Source of the DNA: Candidatus Aminicenantes bacterium
GTDB taxonomy: Bacteria; Acidobacteriota; Aminicenantia; Aminicenantales; Aminicenantaceae
Assembly: GCA_046538375.1 (NCBI GenBank)
Contig: JBKHJA010000001.1
Span: 1-59,189, forward strand
Direction of reading: 5' to 3'
DNA length: 59,189 nucleotides
Part shown: piece after piece, positions 44,840 through 53,319 of the stretch
How positions within the stretch are numbered: position 1 is the first letter of the stretch
Layout: each line of letters opens with the position of its first letter
The notes under the pieces: model-generated
Seen by the model: the letters and a program-made list of their open reading frames with translations, nothing else
Told to the model about the DNA's origin: nothing
Databases searched by the model: none
Translations under genes and position numbers: made by a program

Positions 44840-45532
44840 CTATTTTTTTGTAGAAGCCGTTTTCTCTTCACCTAAAAATCCTTTTCCCCAATGAGAAAGA
44901 AGAATTTTTTTCAGTGATTTATCATCTCTCTTTTCAACGGCCTTTATCAAATCCAGGTGATCTTTATGAGATTGATTGAGCCAGGCACGGTTATCAGTAA
45001 GCAGAAGAAGCTGGTTGGCGTAAAATAAACATTTTTCCGTCATATTCACCAGGGTTTGATAAAGAAGATTATTCCCGCACAGGCTCCATAACTTGTCATG
45101 AATCTTCATGTTTTGTTTAAAGTAGGGAACAATTTTTTTCTGTTTGTAATAATAGTTTAATTTTTTGGTCCATTTTTTGAGTTCCGTTATATCCTTATCG
45201 GATAAAGTCTTCAGAGATTTTTCCGTGGCAAAGGTATCGAGAATCCTCATGAGTTCAAAGAGTTCTTTGATTTCTTCCAGTGTTGCTGATGCCACCACCA
45301 CCTCTTTTCTCGAATTTATGATAATGTATTGTTCTGCTGAAAGTCTCTGAAAAGCCTCCCTTACAGGAGTGGTGCTCACCTTGAAGAGCTCTGCGATTTC
45401 TTTTTCCTGGATCCTTTGATTGGGACTGAGTTTTCCCTCCATAATGGCGTTCTTGAGGTATTTGTAGAGAGTTTCGCTGATGGTGGTGGGAATCCCTGAA
45501 ATTTTCATTTCCCCTGACCCGCCTATTTTCAT
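44840..45532 (-). CDS. GntR-family transcriptional regulator (FadR/FCD-type C-terminal domain)
   Basis: 230-aa ORF with a winged-HTH segment LYKYLKNAIMEGKLSPNQRIQEKEIAELFKVSTTPVREAFQRL and a helical C-terminal domain. Alternative start at ATG 45508. It lies 84 nt upstream of the receptor gene on the same strand. Confidence 0.85.
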   Translation of the reverse strand: MKIGGSGEMKISGIPTTISETLYKYLKNAIMEGKLSPNQRIQEKEIAELFKVSTTPVREAFQRLSAEQYIIINSRKEVVVASATLEEIKELFELMRILDTFATEKSLKTLSDKDITELKKWTKKLNYYYKQKKIVPYFKQNMKIHDKLWSLCGNNLLYQTLVNMTEKCLFYANQLLLLTDNRAWLNQSHKDHLDLIKAVEKRDDKSLKKILLSHWGKGFLGEEKTASTKK

Positions 45533-45881
45533 AATACAGTATATATGATATAAACCATATTTGCCTTTATGCTAAAAAACTCAATCCTGGTTGTCAAGCT
45601 TTTTTTGGTTTGGTTGGTTTGGAATCTCAAGTGGCTTCTAAGGCCATCCCCTAATAATGAAAAGATGGGATACAAAAAAAATTGGGTGAGCTCCACAGGA
45701 ATAAGTAATTTTGACATCCGATTTTCCTTGTGCTAATAGATTCTAAAATTGCAGACAAAGATATGCTTAAGCATTGGTGATGCCTTCAGCATCAACCGGT
45801 CTATTTTTATGACTTATTCATAGAGAGATATATGCAGGCCTGAACGGAAAAAAACCAGTATTTTAGCCAAAGGAGGATGGA

Positions 45882-46148
45882 ATGAAATTCTTCGAAGATC
45901 CAAGAGCCAAAGCTGGCCGCAAGGGATTTGCCTTAGCCTGGATTTACTTCACCATCTATGTTGCGGTCATCATGGTCCTGTCATTTACCCTGGGGAATAA
46001 ACCTTATGTGTGGGGATTGCCCCGATGGGTGGCCATAGGGAATGTGGTGATTCCTGTTGTGTTTGTGGGGTTGTTGATCTGGGTGGTGGAAAAATTAATG
46101 CCCGATATTCCACTGACAGATAGCGAAGATTCGGAGAAAGAAGAATGA
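45882..46148 (+). CDS. small two-TM membrane protein (YhdT/DUF997-like) coupled to the symporter
   Basis: 88-aa ORF with an AAAGGAGG Shine-Dalgarno and two hydrophobic helices. It has an ATGA overlap with the downstream SSF transporter, the same arrangement as E. coli yhdT-panF. Confidence 0.65.
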   Translation: MKFFEDPRAKAGRKGFALAWIYFTIYVAVIMVLSFTLGNKPYVWGLPRWVAIGNVVIPVVFVGLLIWVVEKLMPDIPLTDSEDSEKEE

Positions 46149-47617
46149 ACCCTGCCGCCATCTCCTTTTTGGCTTACACCGCCATCCTGGTGGCCATCGG
46201 CATATGGTCCTACCGGATTGTGGAGAAGGTGCCCATCTCCAAATACGAACAGGAATTCTATGCCGCTGGCAGGGGACTGGGAGGGATCATCGTGGCCTTG
46301 ATCATCGCCGGAGGATTGGCCAGCGCGGGCACTTTTATCGCCGGGCCCGGGATGTGCTATGCCTACGGATATTCTTGGGTATTGATGAACAATTTCCAGG
46401 TATTCATGAACCTGATGCTGCTGGCTCCCATAGGTATTGGAGTGGGGATAGTGGCCCGCAGAGTCAATGCCGTTACTTACTTGGATATATTTAGAGCCAG
46501 ATACCAATCCAAAGCCATAATAATCATGCTGGCCATACTGGTGACGGTGTTCCTGCTTCCTTACATGGCCACACAGTTTGTGGGAGCGGCCAGAGTGATT
46601 GCCCAGATGACAGGGATGGGATATTTTCCTTCCCTGGCTCTTGGATCACTGGTGGTTTTGGTTTACTGTGTGTTGGGAGGTATGCGGGGAACCTCGCTGG
46701 CCACTCTCATCCAGGGCATTGTCATCACCACTGGGTGCATCCTCCTGTTCATAGGAACCATAAGGTATGCCGGCGGCTTTCAAAATTCCACAGCCATCCT
46801 TGCGGCTCATGATATAAAATTCTTGTCCCCCACCATGGGCGGACGGTTTTCGCCGGCCTTCATTTTCTCCATTGCCTGCATCACCGGCTATTTTGTGGTG
46901 GGCATGCCTCATGCCATGCTGGGGGCTCTAACCTACAGGAATTCCAGGGCTTTAAAAAGAGGGATCTGGATGGGGGGCATACTGGTTTTCCTGTGGACTC
47001 TCCTCTTATGCATGGCCGGAGTCATCGGGCGGGCCATAAAGCCTGACTTGGCAGTACCTGATGAGATCAGCCCCTGGCTGGCCATGCATGTGATGCCCGA
47101 AGCTCTGGGAGGAGTGGTCCTGGCCGGGATAGTGGCCGGCATCCAGACCACAGTGGCGGCTATGGCCATCATCATCACCTCCAGTATCGCCAGAAATCTT
47201 CTCAAAGAGCTCAATCCCCGAATATCCAGTGAGAAAGTGAAATTTGCTTCCAGATTGACCATGGGAGTTTGTTTGGCCGCGGCCATAGGCTTGGCCTTAC
47301 TGCAGCCGCCGTTGATCCAGTGGATTATATTCTTTTCCATCGGAGGGCTGGAGGCCGCCACTTTCGGACCTATACTGCTGGGAATTCTATGGAAGAGGGG
47401 AAATCAATGGGGGACCATTGCTTCCATAATCTGGGGAATGGTCATCTATGCCTTGGCAAACACAGCAGTGCCTCAAATAGGAATAGGAGGGACCCATCCC
47501 TCCCTTGTTTCGGTGGCCACTGCAGTGGTGGTTTACGTTGTGGTCAGCCTGCTGACTTCCCCTCCTTCCCGGGAAATAGCCGGGACATTCTGGGGAAAGC
47601 CCAGAAAAGCGATATAA
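46145..47617 (+). CDS. sodium:solute symporter family (SSF) transporter, PanF/PutP-like
   Basis: 490-aa ORF with ~13 TM helices and an N-terminal YAAGRGLGG motif typical of SSF proteins. The substrate cannot be determined from sequence. Confidence 0.85.
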   Translation: MNPAAISFLAYTAILVAIGIWSYRIVEKVPISKYEQEFYAAGRGLGGIIVALIIAGGLASAGTFIAGPGMCYAYGYSWVLMNNFQVFMNLMLLAPIGIGVGIVARRVNAVTYLDIFRARYQSKAIIIMLAILVTVFLLPYMATQFVGAARVIAQMTGMGYFPSLALGSLVVLVYCVLGGMRGTSLATLIQGIVITTGCILLFIGTIRYAGGFQNSTAILAAHDIKFLSPTMGGRFSPAFIFSIACITGYFVVGMPHAMLGALTYRNSRALKRGIWMGGILVFLWTLLLCMAGVIGRAIKPDLAVPDEISPWLAMHVMPEALGGVVLAGIVAGIQTTVAAMAIIITSSIARNLLKELNPRISSEKVKFASRLTMGVCLAAAIGLALLQPPLIQWIIFFSIGGLEAATFGPILLGILWKRGNQWGTIASIIWGMVIYALANTAVPQIGIGGTHPSLVSVATAVVVYVVVSLLTSPPSREIAGTFWGKPRKAI

Positions 47618-47826
47618 TATACTGCAGAATTAAAAAGACTACGCAGGATATTTGGCCGCCTTTTTGCTTGACAAGGAGAAGAGGCGGGAATAGCATTTGA
47701 GTGGGCATGTCCTATCATTCATCCCCTATGAAGTCACTGAGAGATAATTTCTTAAACTTTTCATTAAAATTCCATAGATAGAGAAATGGTATGTCCATAT
47801 CTACACCAAAGGCGAAAGGAGAAGAA

Positions 47827-49701
47827 ATGTTTTCTATCGAAATAACTTTTAAGGGCGTGGGGATTCCTGCCATGTTGCTGATCCTTCTTCCAGCTTTGAT
47901 CAGCCTAGGTTTTGGCCGAACCGAAAAGCCGGTGCTTCACGGACAGCACTGGGTGGCTGTCACCGGAAAACCTCTTGGGGCCACGGCTGGGGCCATGATC
48001 TTCCAGAAAGGAGGAAACGCCGTGGATGCCGCCTGTGCCATGCTGGGAGCTGTGTGCACCATGTATGATGCCTTGAGCTGGGGAGGGGAGACCCAGGTGT
48101 TGATTTACAATCCGGAGACCAAGAAAGTCTACGGCATCAACGCTTTGGGCGCTGCTCCCACCGGAGCAACACCTGAATTTTTCAAGAAGAAAGGGTTGGA
48201 TTACCCCCCATCATACGGGCCCCTGGCTGCGGTCACCCCAGGGACGCCTGGAGGATTGATGGTGATGCTGGCAGAATTCGGGACCATGAGCCTTAAAGAA
48301 GTTCTGGAGCCGGCCATCCACATGGCCAAAGGGTATCCCATAGAAAAACAGTTAGCGGACAGTATAGAGAGGAATAAAGAATGGATCAAGAAGTGGCCTT
48401 ATTCCAAGAAGATTCTGCTCACTCATTTGGAAGAAGAACGAGAAGCTCCTTCACCAGGGGAGATTTTCCGTCAGCTGGATCTGGCAGATACTCTGGAGAA
48501 ACTGGTAGAGGCAGAGCAGGAAGCTCTGGCCCAGGGAAAAAGCCGCAAACAAGCCATCTACGCTTCGTATGACCGCTTCTACAAAGGGGATCTTGCCCGG
48601 GAGTTCGTCCGGGGTTGCCAGGAGCAGGGAGGACTTATCACCATGGAGGATCTGGCCAAATGGAAAGTGCACATCGAAGAGCCTGTGATGACCACCTACA
48701 AAGGCATCGAAGTCTATAAGCTCACCTGCTGGGTTCAAGGACCTGTTCTCCTGCAGATGCTCAACATGCTGGAAAATTTTGACCTGAAAGCCATGGGCTA
48801 CAACACAGCCAGATACATCCATACTCTTTACCAGGTGATGAATCTGGCCTTTGCTGACCGCGATTTCTACTACGGAGATCCTTATTTTCCTCCAGAGGAA
48901 CCGATCAAGGGTCTGCTTTCCAAAGAATACGCCAAGGAGCGGATAAAGCTTATAGATTGGGAAAAGAATGATCCTGGAATCAAGCCCGGTGATCCCTATC
49001 CTTTCCAGGGAGAGAAAAATCCCTTCCTGCCTCTTCTTCAGAAGTGGACCACAGCGGGACTTATGAAACCAGAAGAATGGAGCGATCAAAAGCTGAGCGC
49101 CTTTGAGAAAGACTTTGAAGCGGGAACCACTTCCATCCAGGCAGCCGATGATAAGGGATGGGTGGTTTCAGCCACTCCCAGCGGGGGATGGATACCGGCC
49201 TGTGTCGCGGGCAGAACAGGCATTGCGATGAGCCAGCGCATGCAGAGCTTTGTCCTGGATGAGGCCAAAAATCCTTTCAACGTGGTAGCTCCAGGAAAGA
49301 GGCCCCGGGCCACCTTGACTCCCAGCCTGGCTTTGAAAGACGGACGGCCCTTCCTGTCCTTTGCCGTCCAGGGAGGAGACACTCAGGATCAAAACATGCT
49401 GCAGTTCTTTTTGAACGTGGTGGAGTTCGGGATGAATGTCCAGCAGGCCTGTGAGGCTCCCAACATAGTCAGCTACCAGATGCAGAGCTCATTCGGAAAA
49501 CATGAAGCCTTCCCCGGAAAGCTGCACCTCCACGAAGAGGTTCCACCCTGGGTGAGAGAGAAGCTGCAGAAGATGGGTTACAAGCTGGACTACAGAAAGT
49601 ACACCTCTGGACCCATCAATGCGATTTTCTTTGACTGGAAGCACAGCACTTTCTGGGGAGGTTCAAGCAATTACGGCGAGGATTACGGGATTGCCTGGTA
49701 G
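47827..49701 (+). CDS. ggt: gamma-glutamyltransferase-family Ntn hydrolase, membrane-anchored or exported
   Basis: The track starts at 47791. ATG 47827 follows AAAGGAG and gives MFSIEITFKGVGIPAMLLILLPALISLG. GGNAVDAACA is present, and the autoprocessing/nucleophile site is FEAGTTSIQAADDKGWVVSATPSGG. Confidence 0.85.
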   Translation: MFSIEITFKGVGIPAMLLILLPALISLGFGRTEKPVLHGQHWVAVTGKPLGATAGAMIFQKGGNAVDAACAMLGAVCTMYDALSWGGETQVLIYNPETKKVYGINALGAAPTGATPEFFKKKGLDYPPSYGPLAAVTPGTPGGLMVMLAEFGTMSLKEVLEPAIHMAKGYPIEKQLADSIERNKEWIKKWPYSKKILLTHLEEEREAPSPGEIFRQLDLADTLEKLVEAEQEALAQGKSRKQAIYASYDRFYKGDLAREFVRGCQEQGGLITMEDLAKWKVHIEEPVMTTYKGIEVYKLTCWVQGPVLLQMLNMLENFDLKAMGYNTARYIHTLYQVMNLAFADRDFYYGDPYFPPEEPIKGLLSKEYAKERIKLIDWEKNDPGIKPGDPYPFQGEKNPFLPLLQKWTTAGLMKPEEWSDQKLSAFEKDFEAGTTSIQAADDKGWVVSATPSGGWIPACVAGRTGIAMSQRMQSFVLDEAKNPFNVVAPGKRPRATLTPSLALKDGRPFLSFAVQGGDTQDQNMLQFFLNVVEFGMNVQQACEAPNIVSYQMQSSFGKHEAFPGKLHLHEEVPPWVREKLQKMGYKLDYRKYTSGPINAIFFDWKHSTFWGGSSNYGEDYGIAW

Positions 49702-49827
49702 ATGCAGATGACCCCGGGCCAGTTTCTATAATATATGTATCTCCTATCTTTTGTTTCTGGATTCAATGGTAAGAAATAGGGAGCAGGAATATAAAAAATA
49801 GAACCGTCCCCGTTAAAAGGAGGGAAA

Positions 49828-51768
49828 ATGAAAAAGCGGCTGTTATTCATTCTTATTTTTCTTCTGGCTTTAAGCCAACTTCATTTTGCCAGCTCAGCCA
49901 AACATATTGTCCACTATCAGATAAAGGCTAAGCTCCTTCCGGATGAGAAAGCGGTTGCCGGAGAGGAAACCCTGACCTGGCTCAATGATTCAGAAGAGTT
50001 GATTTCAGAGCTTCAATTCCATCTTTATTTGAATGCATTCAAGAACAACCGCACCACTTTTATGAAGGAAAGCAAAGGGGCTCATCGCGGGTTTAAGCTG
50101 GGCGAGGAGAACTGGGGCTACATAGAGATAAAGAATATTCAGGTCAAGAATGGTCCTGATTTAACTTCCACCATGGAGTACATCCAGCCCGATGATGGAA
50201 ACAAGGCTGATCAGACGGTGATGAAGGTCACTCTTCCTGAGCCGGTTCCACCTCAGGAAAAGATAACGCTTGATATTGAATTCTACTCCAAATTGCCCAA
50301 AGTGTTCGCCCGCTCCGGTTTTTATGATGATTTTTTTATGGTGGCTCAGTGGTTCCCCAAAATCGGCGTGCTGTGGAATGGAGAGTGGAACTGCCACCAG
50401 TATCACCGCAACACCGAATATTTTGCAGATTATGGAGTTTATGAAGTCAGCATCACTGCTCCGGAGAAATATGTGGTGGGAGCCACCGGAAGAAGAATCC
50501 AGGAGATTCACACCCAAAAGGGGACAAAAACCTATACCTATTATCAGGAAGATGTTCACGATTTTGCCTGGACAGCCAGTCCAGACTTCGTGGAATTCAG
50601 GGAAAGATTCACCTTGGATGATCCTTCTGTGGATACAGAAATAATCCTGCTTGTCCACCGCAGTCATCTGAACCACAAGCAAAGATACCTCAGTGCTTTA
50701 AAGAACGGGATCGAATTCTACAGCCAGAACTATGGGGCCTATCCCTACTCCACTATCACTCTGGTCGACCCTGCGCCTGGAGCGGCTGGAGCCGGAGGAA
50801 TGGAATATCCTACCTTATTCACTGCCGGGACCATGTGGTGGCTGCCCCAGGGATTGCTGATGCCGGAAATGGTCACCATTCACGAATTCGGCCACAATTA
50901 CTGGTACGGCCTGATTGGCTCCAATGAGTTTGAGGAAGCCTGGCTCGATGAAGGATTCAACACTTATTCTGAGATCAAGGCCATGGCCAGATATTATGGA
51001 GAAGAGAGTTCCATGATTGATTTTCTGGGGCTCAAGTTGAGCGATTTTGTCCTGCAGAGGGCTCAGGTCATAGCCATCGGGAAAATGGATCCTGTTTTGA
51101 AGAATTCATGGGAGTATTACAGCAGCGGAAGCTACAGTGTCAACACTTATCCCAAAGCCGCTCTGATGCTCTTGACCCTGGAGAAGTATGTGGGGCAGAA
51201 GCTTATGTCAGAAATCATGAGAACATATTTTGAGAGATGGAAATTCAAGCACCCCACTTCTCAAGATTTCGTCAAGGTGGCAGAGGAAGTCAGCGGACAG
51301 GATTTGAGCTGGTTTTTCCAGCAGTTTCTCCACAGTCCGGGAAAACTGGATTATGCGGTGGGGAAAGTGAGTTCAGAAGAAGTCAAGGAAGCCAGAGGGA
51401 TATTTGATAAAAAGCGGAAACAAGAAGATGAGCCTGAAGGAAAGGACAAACAGGAGAAAGTCTACAGAAATGAAGTGGTGGTGGTGAGAAAGGGAGAGTT
51501 GATCTTTCCCCAACACATCCTGGTCATTTTTGAAAATGGCGAGAAAATCCATGAGAAATGGGATGGAAAGGAAAGATGGAAAAGGTTTGTCTATGGCAGG
51601 CCTTATAAGCTTGAATCAGCCCAAATCGACCCGGAAAATAAAGTGGTCCTGGATGTGAATTACACCAACAATTCCCGCCTTCTTAAATCCAGAAAGCTTT
51701 CCCCGCTGAAGTTTGCGCTGAATTTGATGTTCGGGTTTCAAAATATTCTTTCCTGTGTTTCTTTTTGA
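49828..51768 (+). CDS. M1-family zinc metallopeptidase (aminopeptidase N-like), exported
   Basis: 646-aa ORF with an AAAGGAGGG Shine-Dalgarno and a signal peptide. The exopeptidase motif is GGMEYP and the zinc site is HEFGHNYWYGLIGSNEFEEAWLDEGF (HExxH-x18-E). Confidence 0.9.
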   Translation: MKKRLLFILIFLLALSQLHFASSAKHIVHYQIKAKLLPDEKAVAGEETLTWLNDSEELISELQFHLYLNAFKNNRTTFMKESKGAHRGFKLGEENWGYIEIKNIQVKNGPDLTSTMEYIQPDDGNKADQTVMKVTLPEPVPPQEKITLDIEFYSKLPKVFARSGFYDDFFMVAQWFPKIGVLWNGEWNCHQYHRNTEYFADYGVYEVSITAPEKYVVGATGRRIQEIHTQKGTKTYTYYQEDVHDFAWTASPDFVEFRERFTLDDPSVDTEIILLVHRSHLNHKQRYLSALKNGIEFYSQNYGAYPYSTITLVDPAPGAAGAGGMEYPTLFTAGTMWWLPQGLLMPEMVTIHEFGHNYWYGLIGSNEFEEAWLDEGFNTYSEIKAMARYYGEESSMIDFLGLKLSDFVLQRAQVIAIGKMDPVLKNSWEYYSSGSYSVNTYPKAALMLLTLEKYVGQKLMSEIMRTYFERWKFKHPTSQDFVKVAEEVSGQDLSWFFQQFLHSPGKLDYAVGKVSSEEVKEARGIFDKKRKQEDEPEGKDKQEKVYRNEVVVVRKGELIFPQHILVIFENGEKIHEKWDGKERWKRFVYGRPYKLESAQIDPENKVVLDVNYTNNSRLLKSRKLSPLKFALNLMFGFQNILSCVSF

Positions 51769-51783
51769 GGGAAGGAGGAAGGG

Positions 51784-52674
51784 ATGAAAGTATTGGCCAG
51801 CTTTGGAAAAGGATTAAAAGAGGCTGTCCTGCAGCCAAAAATGGTGGGGATGTTATGGTTCATCAACTTTATGTTTGGTTCGGTTATTTTTTATCTTTTT
51901 TACAAACGGCTGACTGATGTGGTGGGTGACACCCTCACAGCGGATAAGCTGCTGAAAAAGTTTGATTACCATTTCTTTTTTGAATTTTTGGTCCACAGCG
52001 GACAAGCCCTGAGCACCATCTTATTTGTGGCTTTGGTTCTGATGGTCATCTATTTTTTGGTCTCTGTTTTCCTTTACGGAGGAATCCTGTACAGTTTGGT
52101 CCATACTCAAAAATCGGCTTCCATGGAGCCGGAAAGGAAAGGCTTTGGTTCAATCTTTTTCCAGGGGTGTGGCAAATTTTTATGGCGTTTTTTCCGCCTC
52201 GCTGTTTATTCTCTTTTGTTGTGGCTGATTTTTGTTGTTTTCTTTTCTTTGATGGGTCAGATAGTCAAGGCGGTAACAGCCAAAGGGACTCACGAAAAAC
52301 TGGCCTTCTATCTCTTTTTGGTGGAGGTGGCCTTAGGCCTGTTTCTTGTTTTCCTTATAAAAATGATTATGGACTATACTCGAATCAGGATAGTCACCGA
52401 AGATACCCGGTTTGTGTTCCGTTCTCTGTTGAATACCCTTAAGTTCGTGTTCAAGAAATTTGGGAAGACACTGCCTCTCTACTACCTGCTGCTGCTCACT
52501 GGATTTGTTTTGTTCGCCATCTATTGGCTGTTGAAAGCGGTCATCCCCTATCACTCTCTGCTGACCATCCTGATCATCTTTGTGGTGTATCAGCTTTATA
52601 TGGCCAGCCGGGAATGGTTAAGGATAGCCTTCCAGGCAGCTCAGTTAGATTTCTTTTCACTGGCAGGAATTTGA
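51784..52674 (+). CDS. hypothetical polytopic membrane protein
   Basis: 296-aa ORF starting 13 nt after the M1 peptidase stop. It has about six long hydrophobic segments and no motif I recognise. Confidence 0.6.
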   Translation: MKVLASFGKGLKEAVLQPKMVGMLWFINFMFGSVIFYLFYKRLTDVVGDTLTADKLLKKFDYHFFFEFLVHSGQALSTILFVALVLMVIYFLVSVFLYGGILYSLVHTQKSASMEPERKGFGSIFFQGCGKFLWRFFRLAVYSLLLWLIFVVFFSLMGQIVKAVTAKGTHEKLAFYLFLVEVALGLFLVFLIKMIMDYTRIRIVTEDTRFVFRSLLNTLKFVFKKFGKTLPLYYLLLLTGFVLFAIYWLLKAVIPYHSLLTILIIFVVYQLYMASREWLRIAFQAAQLDFFSLAGI

Positions 52675-53027
52675 TATCAGAGAGAATAGTCAACAAAAAA
52701 ATACACCCGTCAAATTCAGGGATGAAATAAAAAATGAGGAAAAAACCAGTTCATCCGGAAATTTTCGTGATAGAGGAGATGCTGGCTGTTGAGGAATCCA
52801 CATCCTAGTGAGGAGGGTGGTTTACCGGAATGCTGGCGCCTTGCCCAGCCAGCCAAACAAGGCTCTGTCAGTTTGACAAAAAAAGTGGATTCACGCCATC
52901 GCCTTCCCCGATGATTTTAGGGGTGAATTTGCAGCTTTGTTTTTTCTTTTGGATTAGCACTTTAAGATGCGGGAGAGGAAGCATTTCCATAACCTTTAAG
53001 AGCATAAATATCTACAATGATTAAAAA

Positions 53028-53173
53028 GGGTAAGGGATGGGGGGTCGTCAGCACGCTGATTTTCCCCAGCGAGGAAAATCTACTCCCGTTCGGACTTCAC
53101 TCTCCTCTCCTTTGGAGAGGAACCATGCCCGCTCAGTCCTCACAGGGGCTTCCTCACCCCCCATCCCTTACCC
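53028..53173. repeat. 146-bp element with perfect 18-bp terminal inverted repeats (most complete member of the repeat family; MITE-like or structured RNA)
   Basis: GGGTAAGGGATGGGGGGT at 53028..53045 is the exact reverse complement of 53156..53173. Internal hairpins are GATTTTCC/GGAAAATC (53058..53080) and TCCTCTCC/GGAGAGGA (~53103..53121). Confidence 0.8.
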
Positions 53174-53319
53174 CCTTCACGGAAATGGGTGCTTAATGCT
53201 TGGAGATACTCATTTGAATATTCTTCAGGAAAATAAGATAATAGGGAGGACCTTTACAAAAATGAATCGGGATGTTCTGAAAGGTGTGAAGGTCTGACTT
53301 CTATTTTAGGAGGTGAGGA

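Noticed and set aside
52734-52808. 24-codon ORF MRKKPVHPEIFVIEEMLAVEESTS in the long spacer before tldD, considered as a possible TldD/E peptide substrate or RiPP precursor
   Set aside because: It has no convincing ribosome-binding site, no neighbouring modification enzymes, and no way to assess conservation. It is indistinguishable from a chance ORF.
52830-53297. ORFs of 64 aa and 86 aa in the 52.7-53.3 kb spacer
   Set aside because: The 86-aa ORF reads straight through the inverted-repeat element, both terminal repeats included. Neither ORF has a Shine-Dalgarno or any recognisable motif.
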